From: a virus
DNA: 64,000 bases
Strand: one strand, 5' to 3'
IMG/VR virus record: IMGVR_UViG_3300034095_000254
Shown: piece by piece, positions 1 through 10,131 of the stretch
Layout: every line of letters begins with the position of its first letter
Numbering within the stretch: position 1 is the first letter of the stretch
Notes under the pieces: model-generated
Databases searched by the model: none
What the model saw: only the letters and a program-made list of their open reading frames with translations
What the model was told of the DNA's origin: nothing
Translations under genes and position numbers: made by a program

Positions 1-366
1 AAGAACGGATTCAAGAAAATATATCATTGTCTCAAGATAATCAATCTTGACTCTTAATGTATTTAGTTCGGTGTCACCTGAGAGGAATTCATCCATCTCA
101 TTCTTTAATGGCTTAACACCTTGCCATTGTTCCCATGCAAGATTAGTTAATTCATCACGAGATAGTTCACCACGATATAGGCGAAACTTATTCTTGCGTA
201 ATAGATTGTAATCTGATTGGAGTTTGGTGTGTTTTAGTTTGACATTGACAAGTAGTTTTAAATACTTGGCATGTAACTTGGGAGTAGCTGTGGTTGTTTC
301 ACCGAGATAGTTATCATCTATCTGGCAATCTAAATCCCACGCTTCTTGCAATTGTTCAATATTCAT
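1..366 (-). CDS. uvsY: UvsY recombination mediator (3' end runs off the window)
   Basis: Not in the ORF track. Translated by hand: MNIEQLQEAWDLDCQIDDNYLGETTTATPKLHAKYL...LRKNKFRLYRGEL...PLKNEMDEFLSGD..., which resembles UvsY. It follows gp3, as is common in T4-like phages, and has a GAGGA RBS. Confidence 0.85.
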   Translation of the reverse strand, partial: MNIEQLQEAWDLDCQIDDNYLGETTTATPKLHAKYLKLLVNVKLKHTKLQSDYNLLRKNKFRLYRGELSRDELTNLAWEQWQGVKPLKNEMDEFLSGDTELNTLRVKIDYLETMIYFLESVL

Positions 367-391
367 AATATCCTCACATTTATATACTGCC

Positions 392-420
392 ATTATACCG
401 CAGTATTACAAAAAAATCAA
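392..420 (-). promoter_or_regulatory. sigma70-like promoter upstream of uvsY
   Basis: Minus strand reads TTGATT-17 nt-TATAAT, 25 nt upstream of the uvsY ATG. Confidence 0.65.
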
Positions 421-427
421 GTTTGTC

Positions 428-961
428 TTACAAGAATTTGTAGTATCCGTAGCGGAATGTTGCATTCCCTACTAGGTATTGCACATCTGTATTTGTAGAT
501 GCAAACATCAACGAGTCAATAGTGATTGGAAACATATCTGTAAATTGCACAACTTGAGCAGTTTCATTATTACCATTCAAGATTTGCAGAGTACCATCAG
601 AGTAGTTTTTTGCCAACTCAGAATAATTAAATGCATCAGTAGCACTAAATGTGGTATACTGATCATAAGACTCTGGGAAACCTAAAGCGACAATCCAGTT
701 GTAGATTGCTTTGTAGTTTGCCATATCAGAATCAACAAGGAACTGAACAGTCAATTGATCATATGTTAACATTTCTCCAGGAACTGGCACTGTAGAAAAT
801 GGTGTTGCTTGTTCAGGAGCACCAAGAGTAATACCTGGAATATTTACCTGCTGACAAAAGAATGACAGGTTAGGTAATTTGGTAATGTTGAACATGAATC
901 CATTAGGTGATAATGGAGTGATGTTACTTGGGAAAGGACAGGTAATAGTTGTAGTAGCCAT
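428..961 (-). CDS. gp3: Tail completion / sheath stabilizer (T4 gp3-like)
   Basis: LSPNGFMFNITKLPNLSFFCQQVNIPGI...LTVQFLVDSDMANY...FTDMFP motifs; sits downstream of gp23. Confidence 0.85.
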   Translation of the reverse strand: MATTTITCPFPSNITPLSPNGFMFNITKLPNLSFFCQQVNIPGITLGAPEQATPFSTVPVPGEMLTYDQLTVQFLVDSDMANYKAIYNWIVALGFPESYDQYTTFSATDAFNYSELAKNYSDGTLQILNGNNETAQVVQFTDMFPITIDSLMFASTNTDVQYLVGNATFRYGYYKFL

Positions 962-979
962 AACATTATTTATCCAAAT

Positions 980-1009
980 AAAAAAGAGGGTTCCCGAAAG
1001 AACCCTCTT
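980..1009 (-). terminator. Rho-independent terminator after the major capsid gene
   Basis: Minus strand AAGAGGGTTCT-TTCG-GGAACCCTCTT followed by a T run; UUCG tetraloop as in T4 terminators. Confidence 0.85.
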
Positions 1010-1053
1010 AAAGTACCGCTTCTATGTCGGCTTCTTAAAAACCGACTAGTTGC

Positions 1054-2361
1054 TTACATCAAGTTAGCAACTTTAACACGACGATAGTAGTAGTTCACAT
1101 TCGCAGTTAAGTTGTCAGTGCCTTCAGTGCCGTCATCCAAGTTAACGAATGGGTTAGCAACTAGACCGTAACGAGTCTTGAAGCCAATTTTTGGCTGGAA
1201 GCTGTTAGGATCAACTGCACGAACCATTTGCAATGGAACATATGGGCAATAGAATAAGCCAGCATCAAAAGCAGAAGCACCTTTGTAGCCAACAACGAAG
1301 AACTGAGTATTTGACACATTGCTTGTGTATGGGTCAACATAAACTTTGTACTTACCGTTTAGAATACCAGCGAAAGTAGTAGAAGTATCATCGATAGTCA
1401 AATCATTCTTACCAGTTAAACCAGAAGAATAATCTAACACACCAGCCATTGCTAGGGCAGAAGCCACATCAGCTGAAGTGATGATAACATTACCACGACC
1501 ACGACGAGTTTGTTGACCAATAGCATTGGCTTCACGCTCGATTTGGAACATTAGACCTTTGAATTTCTCAACAGACCAACGACCATTTGAGTCAGTATCT
1601 AAGTCGAAAGTACCAGCAGTAGTTACACCAACTGCAGCACCAGCTTTAGCTGTCTTGTAGATTGTACGGATAACTTCACGGTTGATTTCAGCAAGGATCT
1701 CTGTAGAGAGAATGTTGCTTAATTCGCCTTCAGCGTCAAGACCATGAACAGACTTCATGTCTTGTGCTAATTCGATAGAGTATTCTGCCTTCAAAGCACG
1801 AGTCTTTGCAGTTACAGAAGTCTTTTCGATAGAGAAAGCCATAGCACCGAAAGAACCATCACCAACACCACCTTGACCTAAACGCTCGCCATCGGAAGTT
1901 GCTAGACCAGTACCAGTAGTTTCAGAACCACCGAAGTCATATGCACCAGAGTGAGTACCTGTACCAGCGAAGTCAGAATCAGCTTCGTTGAACAATGCTT
2001 CGTCACCACCTTGAGTGCTGTAACGAGACTTCATTGCGAAGATTAGACCAGTTGGCTGAGTCATTGGTTGTACACCGCAAACATCATAAGCGATCATTTG
2101 TGGCATTGCACGACGAACCAAGCTGATAATTACTGGATCAAACTTAGCGAAACCGCCAGTGTCACCATAAGAACCAACAGCGTTAGCTGGAGCAGCTTCG
2201 TTCAATTCGCCCATGGCTTCACGACCACGACGCATTTCGATTTCTTGGTTTTCTAGAAGAACCGCAGTTACTTCTTTACGATAGTTGTCACGAATCTTTG
2301 GGGCACTTTCGTGCTCAAGAATCGGAGCCCATTTTTTTACTAAATCTTGACGATTAATCAT
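1054..2361 (-). CDS. gp23: Major capsid protein
   Basis: KWAPILEH, GVQPMTQPTGLIFAM, TAKTRALKAEYSIELAQD and YCPYVPLQ...FQPKIGFKTRYG are gp23 hallmarks. Confidence 0.98.
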   Translation of the reverse strand: MINRQDLVKKWAPILEHESAPKIRDNYRKEVTAVLLENQEIEMRRGREAMGELNEAAPANAVGSYGDTGGFAKFDPVIISLVRRAMPQMIAYDVCGVQPMTQPTGLIFAMKSRYSTQGGDEALFNEADSDFAGTGTHSGAYDFGGSETTGTGLATSDGERLGQGGVGDGSFGAMAFSIEKTSVTAKTRALKAEYSIELAQDMKSVHGLDAEGELSNILSTEILAEINREVIRTIYKTAKAGAAVGVTTAGTFDLDTDSNGRWSVEKFKGLMFQIEREANAIGQQTRRGRGNVIITSADVASALAMAGVLDYSSGLTGKNDLTIDDTSTTFAGILNGKYKVYVDPYTSNVSNTQFFVVGYKGASAFDAGLFYCPYVPLQMVRAVDPNSFQPKIGFKTRYGLVANPFVNLDDGTEGTDNLTANVNYYYRRVKVANLM

Positions 2362-2376
2362 TTTGGATTTCCTTAT

Positions 2377-3399
2377 TTATTTTAATTTGTTGAGCTGAGC
2401 AGCATAAGCAGACATAGATGGATCTAATTTCTTAGAAACTCCTTCAGTCAACGCTTCTACTGGAGCATCAGTAACTACAGATTTAATTTCTGTAGAACCT
2501 TTAGTTGTGAAATAATTTTCACGGATAGTCTTTACTTTGGTTTCAAAACTAGCTTGGTCTTCGTAAGATAGTTCTTCAACAAGAGACATAAACTTTTCAG
2601 TTTCTGTATCTGTCAAACCTTCACTTACAGTCTTAACGATATCAGCACGATTGCTTTCAGCAAGAGTCTTGCTTAGTTCAATATTAGCTGCAACTTGTTC
2701 ATTAAGTTTTTCTTCCAATTCATCGATCTTAGATTCCATTTCGCCAAGCACATCGAATTTCTCTTCAGGAATATCAATATAGTGCTCTTCAAATAAATTC
2801 TTCAGACCGCCAATGAAACCTTCAAGAATATCTGATTTCATACCACGCTCTAGGGCAATTTCATTCTGTGTCATCCACTGCTCGGCAATATAACCGAGGT
2901 ATCCATCAACTTGCTCAACAATTCCCTCTGTATTCTTCGCAACAGCTTCCGCTAGTTTGCTTTCGAATTCTTCTTCAATACGAGCAACTTCGTTCTTAAC
3001 ACGATTAAGAACTGCTGCTTCAAAAATAGTTTCTGCTTTCTGACGGAATTCCTCAGAAAGTTCTTCGCCAGCCATCAATGCGTCAACATCTTCTTTAACG
3101 CTTGTACCTGTACGAATGACTGCTTGATCGCCAGCTTCAGCTTTAGCTGTAACTGGATTTGATTTCTTAGAAGTACCACCCTCAGCTTCTTTCTCGTCAT
3201 CAACATTGTTGCGAGAATTATCTGGGTTAGGTGTTTCACCACCATTTGGTACATTGTTAGATGCGTCACGGATTGGGGTTTGATTCCCAGCCTGTGCACC
3301 ATCTTTACCTGAGTCCATACCACCTTCTGTGCCGTGTACTTTGAATTCGTCTAACTTAGACTCACGCAAAATTTCAGCGATTTTTTGTTCGATTGACAT
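2377..3399 (-). CDS. gp22: Prohead core scaffolding protein
   Basis: ELSEEFRQKAETIFEAAV and VDGYLGYIAEQW motifs; acidic coiled coil; lies between gp21 and gp23. Confidence 0.93.
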   Translation of the reverse strand: MSIEQKIAEILRESKLDEFKVHGTEGGMDSGKDGAQAGNQTPIRDASNNVPNGGETPNPDNSRNNVDDEKEAEGGTSKKSNPVTAKAEAGDQAVIRTGTSVKEDVDALMAGEELSEEFRQKAETIFEAAVLNRVKNEVARIEEEFESKLAEAVAKNTEGIVEQVDGYLGYIAEQWMTQNEIALERGMKSDILEGFIGGLKNLFEEHYIDIPEEKFDVLGEMESKIDELEEKLNEQVAANIELSKTLAESNRADIVKTVSEGLTDTETEKFMSLVEELSYEDQASFETKVKTIRENYFTTKGSTEIKSVVTDAPVEALTEGVSKKLDPSMSAYAAQLNKLK

Positions 3400-3443
3400 C
3401 GTTTTCTCCTGTAACTGGATAGTTCTATTAGATTATTTATTAT

Positions 3444-4097
3444 TTATCTGATTTTACTCAGAAACTTTTGGAAAGCATAAATCTTTGCTTCCTGTAAATT
3501 GCGTGAAGAAGCCTTGCGAATAGAACGCTGTGCTTCCTCAATATGTTGTTCCACAAACTTTCCATCAACAAAGACCCACTCTTTTGACTCCATAATACCT
3601 CTTACGAACGCATCTGGAGCAGACGGATCGGCAACGATGTCAGCTGCAGTGGACAGCATAAAATCGTCTTGAACAATTTGAACACCTTCGTTATTTGTTT
3701 GAAGGGAACCCAGTGCTCTGCTAGATACTCCAAGGTTTGCACCACCATCTAAAAGACCTCGTGCAATCATACCCATTGGTGTTTCTAGAATCTTTGCTTT
3801 GCCGATGTAGTTAGTACCTTCTTTGCGTAAACTAACAATCATATGTGATACACGATCCAAATTAATGGAAGGAGTATCTGGATGACCAAGTTCGCCATAG
3901 GCACGATTCTTGTCGACAGATTCTTTAATGTAACGATTAACTTCATTATCCATAATTGATTCTGGATACATACGACCATTACGGTTTTTCAGTTCAGATT
4001 GAAGAAAGATTCCTTCAATAAAATATTCTTTACCTTTGCCGAGTTTTGACTCAACAATAAGGTTTGTGGTATCTAAAACTTCTCTAATTAGTCTCAT
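3444..4097 (-). CDS. gp21: Prohead core protease
   Basis: IEGIFLQSELKNRNGRMY, GELGHP, GVSSRALGS and DIVADPSAPDAFV. Confidence 0.96.
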   Translation of the reverse strand: MRLIREVLDTTNLIVESKLGKGKEYFIEGIFLQSELKNRNGRMYPESIMDNEVNRYIKESVDKNRAYGELGHPDTPSINLDRVSHMIVSLRKEGTNYIGKAKILETPMGMIARGLLDGGANLGVSSRALGSLQTNNEGVQIVQDDFMLSTAADIVADPSAPDAFVRGIMESKEWVFVDGKFVEQHIEEAQRSIRKASSRNLQEAKIYAFQKFLSKIR

Positions 4098-4099
4098 GA

Positions 4100-4528
4100 T
4101 TAACTTCCTACCACAGCTGGGTTATCGTAAGCACCATAAGTAGCTTCTTCAACTTTAGTAGACCAACCAGCAGTTTTACGAAGGACTAAAATACCAGTAA
4201 CATCTTTTGCAGCACCATTAGTAATAACGATGTCAAAAGTATTGTCATTAGTCAGTGGAATACCCCATGCATTTAATTCTGCATAAGGAGCATTCTCAGG
4301 TGCAGATGCAATAACAATTTTACTGTTACGCAAAATATTAACCTTTGAAGCCAACTCGCCTGTTACTTGCCATTTGACAATATTGACTGCAGGTGTATCA
4401 GCATTTCTTGCTTGAGTAGATGCAGTTAAGTTGGCAATAGTAATAGTGCCAGACTCTGCAGCGGAAGATGCGAAATGAATCACAGTTTCCTGATTTGTAT
4501 TCTTAAGGGTTGTGATAGTCATTGCCAT
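4100..4528 (-). CDS. Hypothetical protein in the head module (beta-rich, possibly virion-associated)
   Basis: 142-aa ORF tightly packed between neighbours; no family recognised. Confidence 0.6.
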   Translation of the reverse strand: MAMTITTLKNTNQETVIHFASSAAESGTITIANLTASTQARNADTPAVNIVKWQVTGELASKVNILRNSKIVIASAPENAPYAELNAWGIPLTNDNTFDIVITNGAAKDVTGILVLRKTAGWSTKVEEATYGAYDNPAVVGS

Positions 4529-4529
4529 C

Positions 4530-5078
4530 TTATTGTTCCTCTAATTTTGTAAGCACATGAAAGAAGTTCTCTTTCGACTCTCTCATGTACTCAATAATTT
4601 CTGTTTGCTTATGTAATAAGTTATTTAGGCGCAATTGAGTACGCTCGTCAATAGTTACAATTGCTTCATCATTAAGAACATAATGCAATTTACCCTCAAC
4701 CAATCTGTCCAGTTTATTAAGAGAACGAATACTGTGAACAACTGGGTCTACACTAAACATGTGAGAAGAAGCAAGTTTTATATAATTTTCGATTAATGTA
4801 TCGGTAACTTTAATATCGTGATATTCTTTAATAATATTTGCGACAGTATGTTCTGATAGTTCTTCGTATAAGTCTTTTGATACTTGTTCTTCTAATTGAT
4901 GCGAAATATAGTCTTGTTTAATGTATTGTCTTGCTTCTTCTAAACTCGTAAATTCTGTTTCAATACCATTTATCAAAACCTTACCTTCTTCAGTTCTTTC
5001 GATTAACTGAAGATAGGATCTGACACTTTCAACGATATCAGATCGCTTTAGAGATTTTGTAAATTCGTGGTAACGCAT
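4530..5078 (-). CDS. Hypothetical protein in the prohead-core position
   Basis: 182-aa ORF coupled (TAATG) to the upstream gene; located between gp20 and gp21, where T4 has gp67/gp68. Confidence 0.6.
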   Translation of the reverse strand: MRYHEFTKSLKRSDIVESVRSYLQLIERTEEGKVLINGIETEFTSLEEARQYIKQDYISHQLEEQVSKDLYEELSEHTVANIIKEYHDIKVTDTLIENYIKLASSHMFSVDPVVHSIRSLNKLDRLVEGKLHYVLNDEAIVTIDERTQLRLNNLLHKQTEIIEYMRESKENFFHVLTKLEEQ

Positions 5079-5260
5079 TATTCTTCTGCAGCAGATTCTT
5101 GCTCTGTGGCTTGCGCAAACATACTTTGTGCAACTGATTGGCGCATGCCATCTAATCTAGTAGATAACTTTTCTGCCATTGCATCTGTAAAAGCATTTTC
5201 TGTTTCAAGGGCATCGCCAGCTCTAATTGCTTGGACTAAATTTTGTACTGTTTCACTCAT
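5078..5260 (-). CDS. Small prohead core protein (gp67-like by position)
   Basis: 60-aa acidic helical ORF immediately after the portal gene, with a strong AGGAG RBS. Confidence 0.6.
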   Translation of the reverse strand: MSETVQNLVQAIRAGDALETENAFTDAMAEKLSTRLDGMRQSVAQSMFAQATEQESAAEE

Positions 5261-5272
5261 AATATTCTCCTA

Positions 5273-6964
5273 TTAATTTGGCCAAGTACCAGTTTTTAAT
5301 TTGGTAACTTTACCTTTGCTCTGTTGTGTATCTTCTTGTTCTGCTTCAGCATCAGCTTCTTGATCTTGAGCACTTTGATCTTGCTGAGGTTGTTGCTGTT
5401 GCGCTTGCGCAGCTTGTTGGGCTTGTTGTTGCTGTGCTTGTGCTTCCATTGTAGGTTGCTGCATTGCTAACTGAACCTGCCCTTGTAACTGTGCTTGCTG
5501 CACTAAAATTTCTTGTTCTTTATCCATTTGTTTCTGGATATCTTTAATTTCTTTATCATCCAAACGAAGAATGTTTTTCTTAACCCAGTCTTGTGAATAA
5601 TATTTACCAACATATGGATCTACAGTTTGTAGCAATCCCATTCTGGCTTGCATAATTTCACTGTCACGGAGTTCAGCGTAGTTATTATCTTCAATGTAAT
5701 CGTATTTAATATTAACACGAAGATCATCCCATTCATCTGGGCGGATAATACCTTTGCAGATTAACTGAACACGAAGTGCGTGGCTAAACAATGCATTAAA
5801 TTTCTTACGAAGTCTAACGATAAATTTGTTAAACTTAACTTCATCACGAGTAATCTCTTGTGAACGACCAATACTGAAACCAGAAGACTGTTGTAATCTG
5901 CTAATTGGTACATTCAATGAGTGAAACAGTTTACCTTGGAAGTATTCAATATCTTGAATCTCACCTAAGTTTTGTCCACCTGGAAGTGTAGTAATCTCAG
6001 TACCTTTACCACCTTCACGACGAGGCATCCAAAAATCTTCCATCATAGAAAGATGTTTACGATCGTCACGAGTTTCGCCAGTTGTTGCATCATAAACAAT
6101 CTTGTTACGGAACTTATTCATAATGTCCGTAACATACTGCTCTGCTTTCAACTTAGGTAAATTACCTACATCAACATAAAAAATTCTTCGTTCAGGCGCA
6201 CGGCTGATACGATAGATGACAAGGGAATCCTCGATCATCTTTAATTGATTTACTGGTTTAATTGCCTTATGAAGATAAGACATTGCCATACCAGTATTTG
6301 GATCTACATATCCTGATGGAACATAAACCACTGAATCAAGAGCCAGTTTAACACCATGTGTTGTTTGCTCTGTAATTCCTTTGTCATTGTAAAGATAGTA
6401 TTCTTCTACTTCCTTTACAACTTCAACACCTTGTGGTGTTCTTTCTTTTTTGATATTTTTAATACGACGAATCTTACGAGGATCGATGTATCTTAATTCT
6501 TGAATACCATCTTTAACTCTTGTTTCATCGATAAGGATTTGATAATATAACCTTCCGTCAATATACCACGCACGGAAAGTTTCATGTGCTCGTTCATCGA
6601 ACTTTAATATACGGAGTACATTATCAAACTCTTCACGAATTTTAGTTTTAATATTGTCTGAAACTTTAACTTCGTCAAGAACAATCTCAACGGATTTGTG
6701 TGTTTCATCAGCCACAATGGCTTCATTAACAATATCTTCGATCGCACCATCACAATCACTATACTGTGCCACCTCACGGTAGCGACGGATCAAATCATTT
6801 TCATTCTTGATAACACCTTCAAGATCCATGACCATACCGTAGTATCCACCAGCATTTACACCAGTGTTTACTACGGTTGCGCCTGTCTCATTAGGGCTAG
6901 GGGGAACTACACTCGGTAGTTGATCCCCTTCCTTACGCTTTATCTCAAATCCAAATAATTGCAT
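5273..6964 (-). CDS. gp20: Portal vertex protein
   Basis: YRISRAPERRIFYVDVGNLPKLKAEQY and MMEDFWMPRREGGKGTEITTLPGGQNLG; Gln-rich C-terminal tail. Confidence 0.98.
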   Translation of the reverse strand: MQLFGFEIKRKEGDQLPSVVPPSPNETGATVVNTGVNAGGYYGMVMDLEGVIKNENDLIRRYREVAQYSDCDGAIEDIVNEAIVADETHKSVEIVLDEVKVSDNIKTKIREEFDNVLRILKFDERAHETFRAWYIDGRLYYQILIDETRVKDGIQELRYIDPRKIRRIKNIKKERTPQGVEVVKEVEEYYLYNDKGITEQTTHGVKLALDSVVYVPSGYVDPNTGMAMSYLHKAIKPVNQLKMIEDSLVIYRISRAPERRIFYVDVGNLPKLKAEQYVTDIMNKFRNKIVYDATTGETRDDRKHLSMMEDFWMPRREGGKGTEITTLPGGQNLGEIQDIEYFQGKLFHSLNVPISRLQQSSGFSIGRSQEITRDEVKFNKFIVRLRKKFNALFSHALRVQLICKGIIRPDEWDDLRVNIKYDYIEDNNYAELRDSEIMQARMGLLQTVDPYVGKYYSQDWVKKNILRLDDKEIKDIQKQMDKEQEILVQQAQLQGQVQLAMQQPTMEAQAQQQQAQQAAQAQQQQPQQDQSAQDQEADAEAEQEDTQQSKGKVTKLKTGTWPN

Positions 6965-6987
6965 TATGTAATAACCTCAGTTAATTA

Positions 6988-7575
6988 TTAAAGTGGGAAA
7001 CTACCAACTGGAGTATCAATAGAAACATTGACACCGAAGCCAGCAGCTGCACCAGTAGCAGATGTAAAGAAGTTGTATTGGAACTCTACATCAAACTGTT
7101 CAATTGCATTTTGTTGCTCGTAATCTAAACCGATTGCAGAAATTGTTGTTGGGAATGCATCAACAAACTTGTAACTCTTGATAATTGCACCATTGCGATC
7201 TAATTGGTGAACAGATAAGTCAACTTGGTAGTCAGTAGGATTAGTACGACCATTAGTTGTATTATAATTCTGGATACCAGATTGCCATTGCTCTAGTGCA
7301 TTACGGATACCAAAAGTTGTATCGTTGTAAACTGTTACAGTCCATGGTTGGAATGTTCTCTCACCAGCAAAGTTAACTGGGCGACCACGATACAAGACTG
7401 GTAGAGTCTCGATAGTGGAAGCAGGTAATTGAGCAGCTTTACATAAAAACTGCGCTCTTTGTCCTGCAACTACACCCAATGTAACATATGAAGGGAAGGT
7501 TAATTCAACACGGAATTGATTCGGGCGAGCACCGCCACCAATCATCTGCGCTTTGAAATCAGCAATATTTGCCAT
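6988..7575 (-). CDS. gp19: Tail tube protein
   Basis: GGARPNQFRV, FLCKAAQLPAS, AGERTFQPWTVTVYND and IEQFDVEFQY. Confidence 0.95.
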   Translation of the reverse strand: MANIADFKAQMIGGGARPNQFRVELTFPSYVTLGVVAGQRAQFLCKAAQLPASTIETLPVLYRGRPVNFAGERTFQPWTVTVYNDTTFGIRNALEQWQSGIQNYNTTNGRTNPTDYQVDLSVHQLDRNGAIIKSYKFVDAFPTTISAIGLDYEQQNAIEQFDVEFQYNFFTSATGAAAGFGVNVSIDTPVGSFPL

Positions 7576-7611
7576 TTAATTCTCCTTATGTTCTTATCTA
7601 TTTATCTTGAA

Positions 7612-10059
7612 TTACGCACCGATTTCTGAGAAGTTAATCGCAGAACGAGCAGCAACGAAATTGAGAGTGATAAAGTTGATAGAACGATTTGGCTTAACGA
7701 AGATATCAGCAACGAATTCGTTACGATCGATAACTTCACCTGTGTTGTTAGATTCATCGCACTTAACAACGAAATCAGTAATACCACGACGACCTTGGAC
7801 ATCACGGAGGAATGGCTCGACTAAGTTCTTAAACTGTGCACGAGTAAATCCATCGTTGAATTCAAACAACTGGAATTTTGCAGCAGTGGCAATCGCTTTT
7901 TCCATAACAATGAATAGGCGACGAACATTAATACGATCAAACGCACTTGGTTTAGCCAAGAGAGTCTTATCACCAAACAAGACAGTACCTTCACCTGGGA
8001 ATGTAACAACAGGGTTGACACCAGACTTGTACAGCATATCTCTTTGTGTTTTGCTTGGATTGAATGCCAATTTAACAACATTCTTAATTTGACCACGATT
8101 TAGACCACCTGGAGAGAACCAAGGATCATTAGTGTAGTCAGTACGAGCGCAAAGACCACCAACATCACCATTCAATGGTACATAACGGTATTGGTCGTTG
8201 TAACGATCATATTGATACTTATAACCAGAGTCAAGAACTGCATAAGAAGTAGATGGCAATGCATCACGGTATGCAATAATTGCATTCTGTTCAGTAGAAG
8301 TAGAACCAATGATTGGATCGGCAGTAGAAGTACTCTGTGGAGATACAAACGCTACGCAATCTAAACGAGTTTCGCAGATGTTATTAATAATGTATGTTGC
8401 TGTTGCAGCAGTTGCTTTACCAGCTAGAATTAAACTAACATCATACTGTTCAGCATTAGCAAACAATGCAAACGCAGATTGTAACTCACCATCAGTTGGT
8501 ACGAAATCATCAGTACCACCAGCTAGAGAAATTGACAGTGGTGCAGTTAATAGTTTGAAACTTGCAGATGCTGCAGCAGCACCCCAAGAAGTAGTACCAG
8601 TAACAGCAGTAGGATGATCCATCCACCAGATGTACTCTGAACGAGCATTCAATACATTTTTGTAGTAGTTATTAGTGCCATCAGTTTTCTTAGCATCAGA
8701 TGCTTTAGAAACATAAGCAAATTTTTCTATGATAGTACCTTGAGTACCAGAGATTGCGCCATCTTCATCGATAATGATAATGTGCATTTCGTCTTGAGTT
8801 CCACCAACGCTAGTAGCGTATGTAGAAGTTCCTGGAGCAGAATCAAATTCAGCTTTGTATGTCCAAGTACTAAAACCAGCAGAGTCACACACAGCAACTT
8901 TTAAAGAGTTACCAAGAGTTCCTGGATATTTTGCTGCAAAAGAACCAACAATACCAGCACCATTCACATAACCACTATTGTATGTTTCACCATTGATAAT
9001 CTTTAAACCAGCAACAGTAATTGTTCTATTTAAAGTAGCAGTAGTTCCAGATGGAGGTGCAGCAACAGTAATAGTTGGTTCAACTGAGTAACCAGATCCT
9101 GGAGTAGTAATTGTTGCAGCAGTGATAGTAGAAGAAGCCACAGTTACTGCACCAGCAACAGCATTACCTGCTGAGAATGTAGCGGTTACAGTACCTTTGT
9201 ATCCAGAACCACCAGCAGTCACAGTAACAGAAGCCACTGATTGATTTGATGTTACTGAGTATGTTAGACCAGTTGGAGTACCAGAAGTAGTAACAATAGC
9301 CACATCAGCAGTAGTAGTTAAAGTAAATCCTGTTACAGAAGAACCAGAACCAGTAATAGCTGAGACTTTGTATGTAGTACCAGTTGCATAACTAGTAATA
9401 GTACCAGTACCACCAAGAGTACCAGTAATATTAATTGTGCTACCAACTACCAATGTAGCTGCAGTACAAGTAAATTGCCCACCAGTGCCAGAAATTGCAA
9501 CACCAGATAATGTTGCTGGTGATAATACTGCAGTGAATGTTGCGCTAGTTCCACCAGATGGAGCAGAAATTGTAACTGACGGAGCAGTAGCATAACCAGA
9601 TCCACCATCAGAAACTGCAACGGCAGAAATCGCACCACCAGAAAGAGTTACTGTAACAGCAGCTTGTGAGCCACCATCAATATCAGGAGCACCAACTGTA
9701 ACAGCAGGTGCTGCAGCAGTAGAAGAGTAACCAGAACCAGCAGCGTTTACAGTGACAGTACCAAGACCGCCAGTTGTAGTTGCAACCGCATTCAAAGATC
9801 CAGCGTCTGCACGAACTAGTAATAGATTATTTGTATAAGATAGGAAGTTCGCAGCTGTGAAGAAAGATTGAAAATTGCTATCGTTTGGCTTACCGAAGCG
9901 ACGAACTAAATCGTTCTCCGAGCTAACTGTCACAGGCTCCAATACTGGACCCCATGGAAATACTCCAGCAAAAGCACCAATTGATGATGATACTGCTGGA
10001 ACGATAGAAGTGAAATCTTTTTCTACGACTGCAACGCCTGGAGATAATTGGAACGGCAT
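7612..10059 (-). CDS. gp18: Tail sheath protein with a Thr/Gly-rich inserted region
   Basis: N-terminal LSPGVAVVEKD; C-terminal PWFSPGGLNRG and SAFDRINVRRLF; ~250-aa insertion of beta-rich repeats. Confidence 0.97.
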   Translation of the reverse strand: MPFQLSPGVAVVEKDFTSIVPAVSSSIGAFAGVFPWGPVLEPVTVSSENDLVRRFGKPNDSNFQSFFTAANFLSYTNNLLLVRADAGSLNAVATTTGGLGTVTVNAAGSGYSSTAAAPAVTVGAPDIDGGSQAAVTVTLSGGAISAVAVSDGGSGYATAPSVTISAPSGGTSATFTAVLSPATLSGVAISGTGGQFTCTAATLVVGSTINITGTLGGTGTITSYATGTTYKVSAITGSGSSVTGFTLTTTADVAIVTTSGTPTGLTYSVTSNQSVASVTVTAGGSGYKGTVTATFSAGNAVAGAVTVASSTITAATITTPGSGYSVEPTITVAAPPSGTTATLNRTITVAGLKIINGETYNSGYVNGAGIVGSFAAKYPGTLGNSLKVAVCDSAGFSTWTYKAEFDSAPGTSTYATSVGGTQDEMHIIIIDEDGAISGTQGTIIEKFAYVSKASDAKKTDGTNNYYKNVLNARSEYIWWMDHPTAVTGTTSWGAAAASASFKLLTAPLSISLAGGTDDFVPTDGELQSAFALFANAEQYDVSLILAGKATAATATYIINNICETRLDCVAFVSPQSTSTADPIIGSTSTEQNAIIAYRDALPSTSYAVLDSGYKYQYDRYNDQYRYVPLNGDVGGLCARTDYTNDPWFSPGGLNRGQIKNVVKLAFNPSKTQRDMLYKSGVNPVVTFPGEGTVLFGDKTLLAKPSAFDRINVRRLFIVMEKAIATAAKFQLFEFNDGFTRAQFKNLVEPFLRDVQGRRGITDFVVKCDESNNTGEVIDRNEFVADIFVKPNRSINFITLNFVAARSAINFSEIGA
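9259..9519 (-). repeat. 261-bp in-frame module, copy 1 (in gp18)
   Basis: Encodes PATLSGVAISGTGGQFTC...TTSGTPTGLTY, nearly identical to 38802-39062. Confidence 0.9.
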
Positions 10060-10131
10060 TGTGTTTCTCCTTGTTAATAAGTTTACCTAGACAATTTCAT
10101 GTCTACATTTTATTTAGTTTTTACACGATTT

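Noticed and set aside
1025-1046. Small GTCGG...CCGAC hairpin after the gp23 stop
   Set aside because: Only a 5-bp stem with a long loop and no U-tract; the strong terminator at 980-1009 explains termination.
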